In this document: one piece after another, positions 23,247 to 35,345 of the stretch
How positions within the stretch are numbered: position 1 is the first letter of the stretch
How the letters are laid out: every line of letters starts with the position of its first letter
DNA from: Macrostomum lignano
Lineage: Eukaryota
Direction of reading: 5' to 3'
Assembly (NCBI GenBank): GCA_002269645.1
Contig: NIVC01000712.1
Location: forward strand, 452,250 to 516,249
Length of the DNA: 64,000 nucleotides
The notes under the pieces: generated by a model
Databases searched by the model: none
Seen by the model: only the letters and a program-made list of their open reading frames with translations
What the model was told of the DNA's origin: nothing
Translations under genes and position numbers: made by a program

Positions 23247-26200
23247 TTACACCAGAGGTTTTCCAGAGTCGGATTGGCAGACCTTATCAAACCCTCCTCC
23301 TTTTTCAACCGGGCTTGGGACCGTCTTTGGCGGAGTTACTGCTCTATATTGAAGGCATGGCCGTCTTCTCATAAAAAGTAGCGTCAAAGTAAAGATAAGT
23401 GCTAATAGAGTGGTAGCAAAAGCCCCAAGCAGAACCATGCTCAGCACACTCATCCCTTCAGGACTGGGATTTAGTCTGTTCTTAGACTTCGAGTTAGTTC
23501 CTTCGGTCTGTTCTTCTTCCGCAGCCGGCTGGGCAGCCGCAAGCATCCAGCTCAGCACAGGTTGGCTTGAGTTTCCGCATCTGTTTCCGGCCGCATCCGG
23601 GAAGCTGATCAGAGCCGGAAGCTGCTCACTGCAGCCCCTAAAGCTCACCCGCCAAAGTACCTCACCACCAGCTCCCAGATTGACAGCTCTGAGCGAGCCG
23701 CAAGAGACAAAGGAGTTCGTAGTTTCGACAGCATGGTACCTGGAATTCAAATTTCAGGAGTGTGAAGGTATAAACTAATTAGAGAGCCAATTGCTGTGAA
23801 TGAAAATCAATTTTTGTCAATAGGTTAAGAAACTCACAGCTTATCAGCATCCTCAAACTCCATCATTTTGCAGCCAGCTTCTGCCGCGCATTTCAGGTAG
23901 AAGACCTTCTTGGTCCTGTGCTCATAGAACAGTCCGATGCGAAGCCTCTGAGCGAGATTCAGCGGCTCCTTGCTGCGGGTGCTCAGGCCGGAGCCGACGC
24001 GAGTTCGCTGGCCTGAAGCCGGTGTTCAAGTGGAGTGAAAATTGTGCAAAAGTTAAGGTGTGCGGTCTACAACCCAAGGTAAACAGCGATGTTCAGTAAA
24101 GGACACTGCGCATGATAAGCTGACAACGAAAGCCATTTCTAAGGTATTTCATGCGTGGGAAAAGCATCTCTAGTGCGTACTGCTCCTATTGTGGTTTTTG
24201 AAATTGTTGAACAATTGTTGAACCATTGTTAAACATAACGGCTGTGCTGGCCTTAAAATTGTGCATATTGATCGATAAAACATGAAAACTATAGGTGTAG
24301 AATTAAAAGGGTACGATAATTTTATGTTTCAATTTTTTGTTGTGCTGTGTAAATTGTGCTATTTTAATGGTAGCATGTGTCATATTATTGATGATCAAGC
24401 ATGCACATTGCAAAAATATGCTCGTTAGGGCATAAGACCTTAACGTGGTTTACCTCCGATTCGCCGAAGCCTGATTTGCCGATTCTCAGCTCGCCGAATC
24501 CCGAGTCGCCGATCGACTTACTAAGTGACTAACTTAAGTAATACTATCTCTACTAATAGCTACGCTCGTATTTAAGAAATAGTAGAGTAAATGATGATAA
24601 GCAAAAATATACAAAAAGTTTGAACAAAGAAAGGCTATCTGTTAGCTAGCACAGGCCACAGGCATTACCAGAGATTCGGCGAGTCGGGAAATCGGCAAGT
24701 CGGTATTTGGCAAATGAGGATTTTTTGCATTTGGAACACCGTGAAGTTTTGCAACTTTTTGCGATACACGTAAGCTGCCAATGGACCTGGCCCGATTAAT
24801 TTGGCTTTCATTTTTTAGAGTCTTGGCTTTGAACTAGGTAAACTGGCAAAAAACGTTTTTTCCAGAGGCAAAACTGAGAATTTTTTAGCTATTGTTCAAA
24901 TCTGATGCATACACCGCAGTACTTTTGACCACTTGTGAAGGCAAACTTTAGGCTATGCATGCATTCTTACTTTACGCGTGCAAGACTTAAATTTACCAGC
25001 ATTCTTGACGCAAAATTTCACTGTACTGTAAAAGTTTGTGATAGACATTAAGTTGTTTCAATGCATAAGCTGTAATGTAACAGTAAAAATACCTCAGGGA
25101 ATTTCTCAGGCAAAAATTCTCTGGGAAATGCTCATTTGAACACATTCTCAGGGACCATCAAATTCAATAGCTGATTTGCAATCCAATAAGGTATTTTACT
25201 TCATTTGATTGCAATTTAAATAAGCCTTTATAGTGTCATTAAATATGCTATTACTGGGATGGCTTATTTATCAATTTCTGGCATAATAGATTTAGGGAAT
25301 TTTACTAAACACAGCAGTGCTCAGCCCTGTTGTAAGACATAGTCTTTATTAAATTTTGTTCGGCTAAGACTAAAGAATCAACAAGGTTCACTCAGCTTAC
25401 TCTCTGTGACGAAGTTCTGCAGAGCCGCGGAGCTGCTGAAGCTGGCGAGCCTCATGACTCCGCTGTCAGCGCTCATCGCAGCCAGCTCAGCAGTCAGGTT
25501 CCGACGAACCGATCCTGTGGTGTAGCAGTTGCTCTCAAAATTAGTCATGCTTCTGCCGCAGAATCCCGGCTCCATCAGGCGAATTTGTAGACCGGGGATA
25601 TTCGCAAAGCTTCTTCGATTCAACCGGAATGAAACAGTCAGGTAGCTCCTACAGTTTTTATGTAGAGTGCAGTGGTTGAGTTCAATTACAGAATTATGGA
25701 TTTCAAAGAATTGGTCCAGCATCAGGCCAGCTCTATCGTACCCTTTCGTCAGTTGCAGCACGCGCAACATCTCCAGCTCCACGGGCTTTGGCTCGCTTGT
25801 TGAAGGCGACGAGCAAGTCGCTGGAAATGCATTGGGGTTCGCATTGCCAGGGTAAGAATCGAAGTGTTTGACTGGTTTTATCGAGTTCCAGCTGGCAGTC
25901 AGCAGCGTGGGTAAAACCCACTGACTGCTTGTTCACAGATGCCATTCGACAACTGCTTACTTTAATAATAATAATATAATAATTGATTACACCTGCCCAA
26001 TGGGCAGATGTGCAACCGACAGCTCAGCCGCAGCTATTGCGCGGCGCGTCTGAAGTCTGCGTACGGCTGTTCAGTCCAAGGACTGGGGGGTCGACACACA
26101 CCCTCACTTATCCCAGCTAATGCTGGCACCCATTTTACAGCTGGGTGAACTGAAGCAATGCAGAGTAAAGTGTCTTGCTCAAGGACACAAATTGTTCCAG

Positions 26201-27507
26201 TGGAATCAGGAATCGAAACCCCGACCTTCACGTTGTGCGTCCGACGCTCTAACCACTAGGCTACAACCCCTAGACCATTACAACTGCCTTGAGTCAGCTA
26301 TACTAGGCATTTATGCAAAGGCGTGAAGTTTGATTTCATAATCACTATTATTATCAACTCTCTTTTCGTTGGCGACCAGACGGCTAAAATTGATGCTCTA
26401 AAGGCCTGCTGTCTTCTTCAACAATTAACATTATTGCACAGCTTATAGAATATTCTCTAATTGTGATCAAAGCGCTGCTTACCGTCCGAAGCCTTCGAGT
26501 GCAGTTCGTATCGCATCGGTTGTTGCTGTGCAGCTGAATCCACAGATTTTGTCCGCCTCCACTCGTTTACGCGAGCCTCCGTGTCAAAGCCAGTCAGAAC
26601 CACAACGGCATTGTCAAGGTGGTCAGTCAGAATCTTCCATTTGCAGCTGAGGCCTTCCTCAGGTACAAGGTCCGCGTCAGTTTTAGGAATGATTCGATCT
26701 TCAATAAACTCGAGTTTTTTGCTGAGCTGGAACTCATTGGTGTTGCCACGCGGATAGCAGTACTGGTTGCCTGCCAGAGCTCTAAAGAAAAAAGGGCGGG
26801 AAAGTAGATTTATTGTAAATGGACACTCAAAAGTTACTGGAAGGCCCACTTAAGATTTGGTCTACTAAAAACGTTATTTTCTGAGCTATTATTGGCAAAA
26901 TGTGTTGTTGATTATATGATTAATTGGCGTTTCGGTCGGTACTTCAGTTATTTCTCCCATACCGACCTGTAAAAAGAAAACGTTTTATATTTTAATAATG
27001 TATAGAATGTATAGTAATATATTATTATCATTAGCTATGCTCTATACGCATGTACGTGTAGAAATGCCATCGATTTTGGGGCAACATTCTAGCGGAATTC
27101 AATACGATAAAATGGGTGAGTATCTACTTACCATCCTACTGATAAGTAGAAAGACAAGAAAATATCGCGTGTAGAACAAGTTCTGTTTATCCAGCTACAG
27201 CACTATGATATAATCCAATTAACTTTCGTACATTAATGTACATTGACAGCGCAAGCCTCGCAAGGACAGGTCCCCAAAGAACAATCCCACAGCGGGCAGC
27301 CCCACAAAGGACAGCCCCAATTAGTATGGCGCCCCCAGAGTAGCATCCCAAAACATTCTGCCTACCTTTAAGCAAATGTTAATCCGCAAAAAAATCCCAG
27401 TTGGTTTAATGAATGAAGCGTCGCATCACTCACATTTGAAATGTGGCAGACAGCAGCAGAAGAGTCGCCAGGCTTCTGCCCATCACTATCTGCAGATTCA
27501 GTCGCAT
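23247..27507 (-). CDS. Receptor gene copy C, intact, 486 aa; exons 27507-27434, 26781-26483, 25820-25401, 24012-23838, 23739-23247
   Basis: Same splice sites and phases as B; 74+299+420+175+493=1461 nt open; all indels versus B are multiples of 3 (+12 nt in exon 3, +3 in exon 4, -18 net in exon 5). Confidence 0.88.
24453..24719. mobile_element. Foldback/MITE-like element in intron 3 of copy C
   Basis: ~48-bp imperfect inverted arms built of GATTCGCCGA-type motifs (24453-24501 versus 24673-24719); absent from intron 3 of B and E; no TSD identified. Confidence 0.6.
25961..26270 (-). mobile_element. tRNA-derived SINE (Meta/V-SINE-like core) in intron 2 of copy C
   Basis: Head with A-box TAGCCTAGTGG and B-box GGTTTCGATTCC; core GTGTCCTTGAGCAAGACACTT..CACCCAGCTGTAAAATGGGT; (ATT)n tail; absent from the 184-bp intron 2 of A and B. 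Confidence 0.85.
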
Positions 27508-29089
27508 GTCGGACGCTTCCGGCACCTAAAAATCCCGATGTGAGGTGGACGCTGCATGCAGGAGATTCTGTGTCCGCTCAGCATTTATAGGTAAAGACGT
27601 GAAACTGCCGAACAAGCTGGATATTCGTAGATGCCATCAAAACTTCTTGTACACGTACGAGCGTACTTCTAATCACTTCTAATCGCTTAGCAATCCGATT
27701 TCTGTTTTAGTACCCGGATGTAGTGACAGTTAACTTGGCTTTTTGTTAACCCAACCCTGAGACCAAGGAATTTCACATGCAATAAGCGTCTTGATTTGAC
27801 TTTTTATTTGATTTTAAATATAATATTGCATCTGGTGAGACAGGCTCAGTCTTTGCTCTGACTTACATGAGCAAAATTACATTCTAGTGACTCTAATGAA
27901 CCCCTGTAGCTATGATACTACATGCAAAGAAAGTAATCAGGTACGTTGAATTCAAAAATAATTTTGCAACAGAAGTACAATACACACAGCCCCTAAGGAC
28001 TCGAGAACGGGAATGCCTGTTAATCGAACGATGGTAGAAAATTCTGCGGTAACAAAAAATATTTTGTTTAACATTCTTAACCATTTTTGCTTCCTTCTAT
28101 CTGATCTTTCCTTAAACAAATCTCATTTGACAAAAAAGGACTCTTAACATTGCCATCAAATTATGCTCAAATTTCTTAAAAATTATGGCAACTAAGTGTG
28201 CACGAAACTAAACTCACTGTCCATGTGGACTCACACTCACCAAGAGATGTTGGCCAACTCCAACTTCTTGCAGACTTTATAAGAGAAAATTTAGGAGGGG
28301 AGCACCGTGGAAAACCCATGATTTTATAGGCCAAGCCGCGGTAACTCTCAGGAAGATCCAAGTGAAACCCACGGCTTATCCGCGGTGAATTTTCTCTAAA
28401 GCAGTTGGAGTTTGCCCCTCCTTTCAAGTACAACTAAAAGGCAATTCCATGGCTCTCCCATGGAAATTCAGTCAGTAGAATTGTTTAAATAGGGTTGAAT
28501 TATAGGAGTGCAGGTGTACGAGCTATGCGTGCGCACAGTTTACGCCTTTATCACACTATTGTACGTAGCATGCCAGGAAAGAGAAGCAGAGGACGCACGC
28601 TCGATCTGTATCGTGCATGCGCTTTCAGACCAAGCGTGCACTGTTCATTGTACGCCGCATAGTCAGTGCTGTACAAAAAAGGACTTCAGTTTACCGAGAA
28701 CTTGGAGTTCTTTATTTTTTGTTCTTTCTAAAGGTAGTGAAGTAAAAAATTGCATGCATACAGATCCCACAAATAGTTCGTAAACAATAATAGCCTGCCG
28801 TTCAGCTCAAAGCAGTCAACTGCAGGGAATAAAATAAAAATTACAAGCATGTGACATTGGGTCTGGCGGATGTCCTTATTGTCGAAGTTAAAAGACTAAA
28901 ATTTTCTTTATGGGTTCTATCGGGGTTCACAAGGTTTTTCAAAATGTATTTATGATTTCTTCTTTTAGTTTATTTCAACAACGAGCAGAGCGAGCTAAAA
29001 GTACTGAGGTGCAGAAACAGCTTGAGTATTAGTTTCATAGCTCTCATTTAGTCTTTTTTGGTGGAAAACTTTAGCTAGAACTTTAGGAT

Positions 29090-29485
29090 ATGTTCCACAT
29101 TATCTCGATTCTGCATTCCCCAGATTTTAGCTCGTACATTCCCCCAGATTTTACGTTCCCGCAGCTTTCACATTCCTAAGACTTGCATTTCCCAGATTTC
29201 ACATTCCTTAAATTTTACATTCCTCCAATTCTACATTTCTTAGATTTCACTTTCTCCAACTTTTACATTCCACGAATTTTGCACCCCCAGCTTTCACATT
29301 TCGCAGATTTTGCTTTTCTCCATGTTTCACATTCCCAGATTTTGCATTCCTCCATATTTTACATTCCTAAGATTTCAAATTCCTAAGATTTCAAATTCCT
29401 ATGATTTCAAATTCCTAAGATTTCAAATTCCTAAGATTTTACATTCCAAAGATCTTACATTCCCCAAATTATACATTCCCAGATT
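29090..29485. repeat. Degenerate 16-bp minisatellite block (copy C flank)
   Basis: TTCACATTCCCAGAT / TTCAAATTCCTAAGAT units. Confidence 0.85.
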
Positions 29486-30069
29486 TCCCGGCGTCTCAAG
29501 GAAACAACAAGATACGCTGTCAGAGTCCTTTGACGGTAGCAGCACAAGTCGCATAGAAAAGCCACGTCGCCGATTGAATCCGGGGCGCCGGCGTCAGACA
29601 GCAGGCAGGAGACAAGGCGTGAACCCGCGATACGTGGCCTGCCTGTTTGTGCCAGCTGGACGCCGCCCTCACTCCATGTACGCAGGCCAAACCCAGAGCT
29701 ATTTTTAGCAACACATCTGCATGTGCATTGGCCTCACAGACCAATAAGTAAGACTAGACTGCGCATGGAGAGTAAAAAAGTGTGCCTCTTTCCCAGTTAT
29801 AAAAATGGCACCCACCCAACCCCCCCCTCCGCGGTCGATAGTGGGTAAAGAATTTCCCTTCCTAAACCACTCCCACTCGTCTGCTTCTCGGTTCCTACAG
29901 GGCACAACAACAACAAAAATATTATCATAGCTTTTTAGACTCGTTTATAAATATTTTTCAAGAGATTCTTTCTAAAGACTTTTAATTTAATTAAAGCTTG
30001 CCTGTATAAAAACTTGCAGAATCAAAATAATGAGTTCAACTTACCAGGTATCCACTAGAATAGGCTAAA

Positions 30070-30630
30070 CTACAGATTAAGAAATACCGCTGTTCGTAGA
30101 AGCTTTTGTCTCTTTCCTGATTTTCTTCTGGGACATGAAAGGTCTTTCGCCACCTTCTTCATTCGAACCCGCATGTAGAGCAGCGCCATGATGCGAATCA
30201 AATGAAGCTTGTGGGATTCAATGCCAATGCTGGCAGCCGCGGAATGCAAGTCAAGTTCGGGAAATGCATCAACTGACATGCGCAACGTCTCCTGGACAGC
30301 CACATCGCTAGAAAATCCGCTGTTATAGTTTGAACGTCGAATGATTTTTTCGGCATGAAGCAAAACTTGCAAGACATTGTTGCTTGGAAAAATCAACCCC
30401 CCAGTCCCTTCTTTATTCAGCACATTTTTCATGGTGACAAGAGAGCAGGGCAACCGTGCAGCCGCTGACATTTCAGTGCTGGAAATGAGTGCTGATCTGC
30501 ACGGCGCGCATTCAATTGATTTAAGCATGCTACGGACCACTGCGCCTGCAATGTAATACACAATCGACTGGCATACTTCGCATTTTGATGCATTCACACA
30601 ATGTTGAATGGAATTAAGGCTTAAACCCAA
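30070..30630 (-). CDS. C-terminal part of the same transposase, in the +1 frame
   Basis: YYIAGAVVR..CAPC..GGLIFPS is typical of P-transposase C-termini; removing one T in CAGTTTGGGTTT (~30630) fuses it to the main ORF. Confidence 0.85.
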   Translation of the reverse strand: MGLSLNSIQHCVNASKCEVCQSIVYYIAGAVVRSMLKSIECAPCRSALISSTEMSAAARLPCSLVTMKNVLNKEGTGGLIFPSNNVLQVLLHAEKIIRRSNYNSGFSSDVAVQETLRMSVDAFPELDLHSAAASIGIESHKLHLIRIMALLYMRVRMKKVAKDLSCPRRKSGKRQKLLRTAVFLNL

Positions 30631-32944
30631 ACTGTTCTAAGCACTTATCTGCTTCCATTGAGGTTTTCCTGCCTCTGTGGAATGTTGATAATGTTGATAA
30701 TGTTGATTGTGACGAAGGCAGACATGATAATGACAACTGAATAGTGGCATCCTGTTGCTTAATGTTGGGACTAGTCGATTGGAGAATTCCACCTCCAGCG
30801 TGCACTAGTAACTGTCTAAAGGCTGAGCGAAACTGTCTCGGAGTCGGATTGTGATTCCAGCCGTTTCGAAGTCTGACGGCATTAAAAAATAACTCAAGAA
30901 AATCCTGCGACAACTTGTAAGTGCAAAGAAAGAAAAAACCACAACTTGAAAACAAATACTTGGCAAGGGCCATAACAGCCTCACAATTCACCATGAAGCC
31001 GAGAAAGCCTGTTTTCTTTGCAGTTTCAACAATTTTGCGTCCAGACAGATTTTCAAGACTTCCGAGAAGCTTAATCGAGTCAGTAAAGAAGTCAATAAAG
31101 TCCGACTGGTTGTCAGCTCTTAGAGCCATTTTGGTCCCGTAATTTACTAGTCGCTTGGAGTTAAAGGCGTCGAACAAGTCATTCATGTGCTCAATAAAAT
31201 CTGCCGTCACAAGTACATCATGGTGCTCGAATCCGGCCAAAGCTTGCTGATGTACCCACCGCAGGGAGTCAGCAACTGACTTACTAAAAAGCTGGGATGC
31301 CAAATAGACCTTCATCTTTAAATTGGCAAAGTTGATGTGATGCCTGCTTAGTTTATTTCCCAGTTTGAGCCCGTGACTCTCCTGAACTTGCTGCAATAGT
31401 GAAACATATTTCCAATCAATATTCCCCCTATTCGGCCAAACTATCGGGCCCATTGATTGCCACTGATTGCGAATCAGCTTCAACATATGAGGCGGATCGA
31501 GGAAGGCAGAAACCTGAATGCTTGGGTCACAAGGATGAGGGAACGTGGCGACAATTGAGTCCGGAGAACTAATTTTAGCCCCAAGAAGTTCAATAGCTCG
31601 AATGTTGTGCTGCGTTCCATCGCATGTGAACGATGTGGCGACAACGCCAACCTGATAAAGCCTCTGAATTGATTCTTCTACAACACTAGACAAAAATTCA
31701 CCATCCACACCATTTACTAGAAAATAACCCAATGGCAACTTCCAATAGTTCTTCAGACCCACAGCCATCACTACCAATGCCGACGTCGCCTCCTGATCAC
31801 TTGCCTTGCCATCTCCTTTGTCAACATAGCCGAAGAACATGCCTTCATTCGAATTCCATTCAATCAGTGATTCCAATGACATCTCATCGGCCACTACATT
31901 GCAGTAGTCAAAGGCAGTGCCATCGTCGGAGCTGCGTCGATGAGAAAGTTCTTGGAAAGCCTGATCACAAAATCCAGGAAAGCATTTAGCGTTTGAAATC
32001 CATCTACGAAGAGACGCAGGGTGCGGAAGCTGAAAATACTTTCTGACATATTCATAGGCTTTGGGGCTGTAGAAGTGCAAGGTGGATGCGAATTTTCGCA
32101 CTTCAGTAGGAAACTTTCTTGTCCGCTTATTGCTTTGAGGCAAAATGCTGCTAATCAAAGAATTCGAGGTCAAAAAATTCAGGCGCGACGCAGCCGCTTC
32201 ATTCAGAATGCTCTTTTTCCTCAACTCTCCGATTGCCTCCTTCAGGGTTCTCGCTCTTCGCTTAATTTGCCTATGCTTTGAGCGCAATGATCGAATTTTG
32301 CGGTACTTGTTTCGAAGAGAACGCTGTAAGATTTCAATAGCTTTCGCACCTTTCTTGGACTTGGCATGAGCCGCTAGAAGCCTATTGTACCTGCGCCTCA
32401 GATTTTTCAAAGCTCTTACCTTCGTATTGAAATCTTCCCTGCTTACACAGTTGGCATGAAGGTCTGGCTGAGGAAGATCGTCATTGTTAGTAATGGCTTC
32501 CAAATCAGATTTCGTCTCGCTGCCTACTTGAGGCGCCTGAAAGATTTCAAAATCAACTTCTCGAGCAGCCGCGGCTGCTGTGATTGTCTTTCTCTTCTTC
32601 TCAGCTGGCTGCAGATGTTCCGGAAACGCAGGAAAGATTGAAGGAACAGCGTGCGGATACAGTCTTCTTCTGGCGTTGGGCAAGAAGCCTTCAAACTGCT
32701 CCTTGAAACAAGACTCAGAAAAGTGCTCTGAGCAGACTTTTGAACTTTTTGACGGTTTGAAGTCTTTTCGCCTCAGTGCTGCGACCCACTTCTTCTTCGT
32801 CTCATCGTCCTTGGGAAAGGAATGGAAGGAGACTCCGGAAGTTGAAGCTGCGCTATTCGTGCAACCAAAAGCACTGCAATAGCTGCCACATTTTCGAGTC
32901 TTCGACGGCTTAGAGGAATTAACTTCTTCCATCGCTTGATACAA
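30614..32944 (-). CDS. THAP-domain P-element (THAP9-like) transposase, main ORF 776 aa
   Basis: THAP C2CH zinc finger (CSAFGC..W..CSEHF..AVPSIF), coiled coil, LHFYSPKAYEY, catalytic-type DEMSL / TCDG / SQDFLE, DPPHMLK, and KMKVYLASQLFS of the insertion domain. Confidence 0.93.
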   Translation of the reverse strand: MYQAMEEVNSSKPSKTRKCGSYCSAFGCTNSAASTSGVSFHSFPKDDETKKKWVAALRRKDFKPSKSSKVCSEHFSESCFKEQFEGFLPNARRRLYPHAVPSIFPAFPEHLQPAEKKRKTITAAAAAREVDFEIFQAPQVGSETKSDLEAITNNDDLPQPDLHANCVSREDFNTKVRALKNLRRRYNRLLAAHAKSKKGAKAIEILQRSLRNKYRKIRSLRSKHRQIKRRARTLKEAIGELRKKSILNEAAASRLNFLTSNSLISSILPQSNKRTRKFPTEVRKFASTLHFYSPKAYEYVRKYFQLPHPASLRRWISNAKCFPGFCDQAFQELSHRRSSDDGTAFDYCNVVADEMSLESLIEWNSNEGMFFGYVDKGDGKASDQEATSALVVMAVGLKNYWKLPLGYFLVNGVDGEFLSSVVEESIQRLYQVGVVATSFTCDGTQHNIRAIELLGAKISSPDSIVATFPHPCDPSIQVSAFLDPPHMLKLIRNQWQSMGPIVWPNRGNIDWKYVSLLQQVQESHGLKLGNKLSRHHINFANLKMKVYLASQLFSKSVADSLRWVHQQALAGFEHHDVLVTADFIEHMNDLFDAFNSKRLVNYGTKMALRADNQSDFIDFFTDSIKLLGSLENLSGRKIVETAKKTGFLGFMVNCEAVMALAKYLFSSCGFFFLCTYKLSQDFLELFFNAVRLRNGWNHNPTPRQFRSAFRQLLVHAGGGILQSTSPNIKQQDATIQLSLSCLPSSQSTLSTLSTFHRGRKTSMEADKCLEQFGFKP

Positions 32945-34505
32945 AGTTGGTTGAATTAAATCGGTTTGATTCTAGTAGATAGGTAAATTTTGTGTTGTTT
33001 TAGCACCGAGAGAATGGCTTATTCGAACGCATATAAAAGGTGGGTTAGAAACCATAAGGACCAGTAAAATGCTCTGTACCCACTATCCTGTTCCCCCTCA
33101 CCTTCACATACTATCGATTTTTTTTTTTCGCGGGAGCAAGGGACCATTTTTTCCACAGCGTTTTTGTCAAAAAACACGCCAAGGCAGGGAATGGGGCTTG
33201 CGCAGTCTAGATACTTCTTGGTCTGTGATTGGCCTGTCCTTGATTTTTAAATGTTATTAACAGGTTTTCCCTGCTACCTTGTGCTTAAATGGCAGAGAGA
33301 CTTTAAAACACACTGGCCGCTTAAAGCCCTATTATGAGCGCGAGGCTCACAGCTCAGAATTCGCAGTACCGAATATTATTAAAGGCAGTGTATCTTATAG
33401 TCAACAAGAACGCATGCGCACAATGCAAAAAATGCATAGTTTGAGCGGGGTAGGGTTAGCGCTCCTGCAGTTTCTCTCTGTGCTGTTGTTAAGGCAACCA
33501 TCAACCAACGCCTCTCAACACATTTTGCTGCCAGTTTTCTGTGTCACGCATTTGCAGGCTGCTGACTTGTCCCTCAAATCTCAGCGATCGTTATTGTCTT
33601 TTGGTTATTGAGGTCGGCTTTCTTAAGCTGTCTTAAGAGGTCGTTGTTTTTTCCACTTCGATGTAAGCGCTTTTCCGGTGCTTACAGTATTTAACAGAAT
33701 AGAAGAAACTGCAGATGACAAAACAAACAAGTTTTCTAACTTAGATACTGAATGTTATCTTACTCTCTATTTTCCTTCTTTCTAATCTCTTTCCACTTTC
33801 TTACTAATCTCTTCTTTGATAAAAAATGATCAGGAGCAGCGTGACCAGGGGGGGGGGAGGGCCAAGGGCGATCCGGCCCTCCAAATAGGCTGGCAAAACT
33901 AATGGCTGATTACCTATTGACTTGGCGCTTCTTGATCGATAGCGTCTTTATCGATAGCGTCTGTATTTGAGGTTTTTTGGTTTTAAATACAGTGTTGTAT
34001 CTTAGTAAGACAACTTACCTGAGCATAACTATATTTTAGTGAATTTTAGACTCTATTGACCCCTGTAGATGTAGTTATATTTAATATAACGAAAAGTCAT
34101 TGCATCCATTGAATTCAAACATCATTTAGCAAGCTAAATTTGCTTGTGTAGTTCTACTCACCAAGAGAAGTTTCAGTGCTTCTTGCAGCAGAATCGAGGG
34201 TGGAAAACCCATGATTTCTACACATACAGGCAAAGCCACGGCAACTCTGTGGCAAGTCCAAGTGAAGTCCACGGCATTTCCGCGGATTTTGTCTTCTACT
34301 GTACGAGAAAAAGTAAAGTGAATGCAGTGAAGCACGTATTTAAGACAATGCTAATGTACGCTGGATTAGAGGAGTGGGAGTCTATGCGTGAGCACTTAGT
34401 TGCCGCCCAGGACGATATATCTACTAGCATCGATAGCATGTCAGTCAGGAAAGAGAAGCAGAGGATGCACGCTGCTGTATCGTGCATGTGCTTCCAAGGC
34501 ATGCA

Positions 34506-34546
34506 CAAGGACCACTAGAAGTTACCGTAACTTCTAGTGGTCCTTG
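34506..34546. mobile_element. 41-bp perfect palindromic insertion (TIR-only element)
   Basis: CAAGGACCACTAGAAGTTAC-C-GTAACTTCTAGTGGTCCTTG flanked by 8-bp TSD GGCATGCA (34498-34505, 34547-34554); paralogous sites (~2640, ~19470) carry a single GCATGCAC. Confidence 0.85.
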
Positions 34547-34924
34547 GGCATGCACTGTTCACTGTACACCGTACAGAGTCAGTGCTGTGCAAAAAAGAGA
34601 ACATCAGGTTTATTTCCAAGAATTGACATTTTTATAGTTATTTCGACAAGTTCTGAAATAGCTCGTAATTAATAGACTACATGTACCTCACCTCAAAGCA
34701 CTCAACTGCAAAGAAAAAGACTACAAGCATCGGACATTGGGTCTAGCTGATATCCACTAGCTGTTGGCTAAGGCAAGGAATTAAAAGTTAATATACTAAC
34801 TAACTCTTAGTTTTGTTCAACAACTGCAAGCTAAGGGTAATGTTAGTGCACGAACATCATAAATTCCGCCGCTCTCATTTTGTCGCTTTGATTGGCAGAC
34901 ATCGTTTGCTAGAATTTTAGGTTA

Positions 34925-35345
34925 TGTTTCAAATTTCACAGATTTTACATTATTTCTCAGGTTTCACATTCCAAAGATTTTATGCTCCCTTATTTTTCAT
35001 TCTCCAGATTTCATACACTCAAGACTTCATATTCTCCAGATTTACATTCCCCAGAGTTCACATTCCCCAGATTTCACTTTCCCCAGATTTCAAATTCCCC
35101 AGATTTCACTTTCCCCAGATGTTACAATTCCCAAATTCTACATTTCCCAGATATTACGTTAAAAAGTTTACATTTCAAAAATTTTGAATCCCCCAGATTT
35201 CACATTCCTCAACGTTCACATCCCCAGATTTCACATTCACCAGATTTCACTTTTCCAAAGTTTTAGATTCCACGAATTTTGCATCCCCAGGTTTTACATT
35301 CCCCAGATTTTACATTCCCCAAATTTTACATTCCCAGATTTCTTC
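34925..35345. repeat. Degenerate 16-bp minisatellite block
   Basis: TTCACATTCCCCAGA units. Confidence 0.85.

Larger units (their letters stand above)
29735..33227 (-). mobile_element. P-element superfamily DNA transposon, 3493 bp
   Basis: TIRs CACAGACCAATAAGTAAGACTAGACTGCGCA (29735-29765) and TGCGCAGTCTAGATACTTCTTGGTCTGTG (33199-33227); 8-bp TSD ATTGGCCT (29727-29734, 33228-33235); encodes a THAP transposase. Confidence 0.95.

Noticed and set aside
26190-26270. tRNA gene
   Set aside because: The A/B boxes continue into a SINE core and (ATT)n tail; no convincing acceptor stem.
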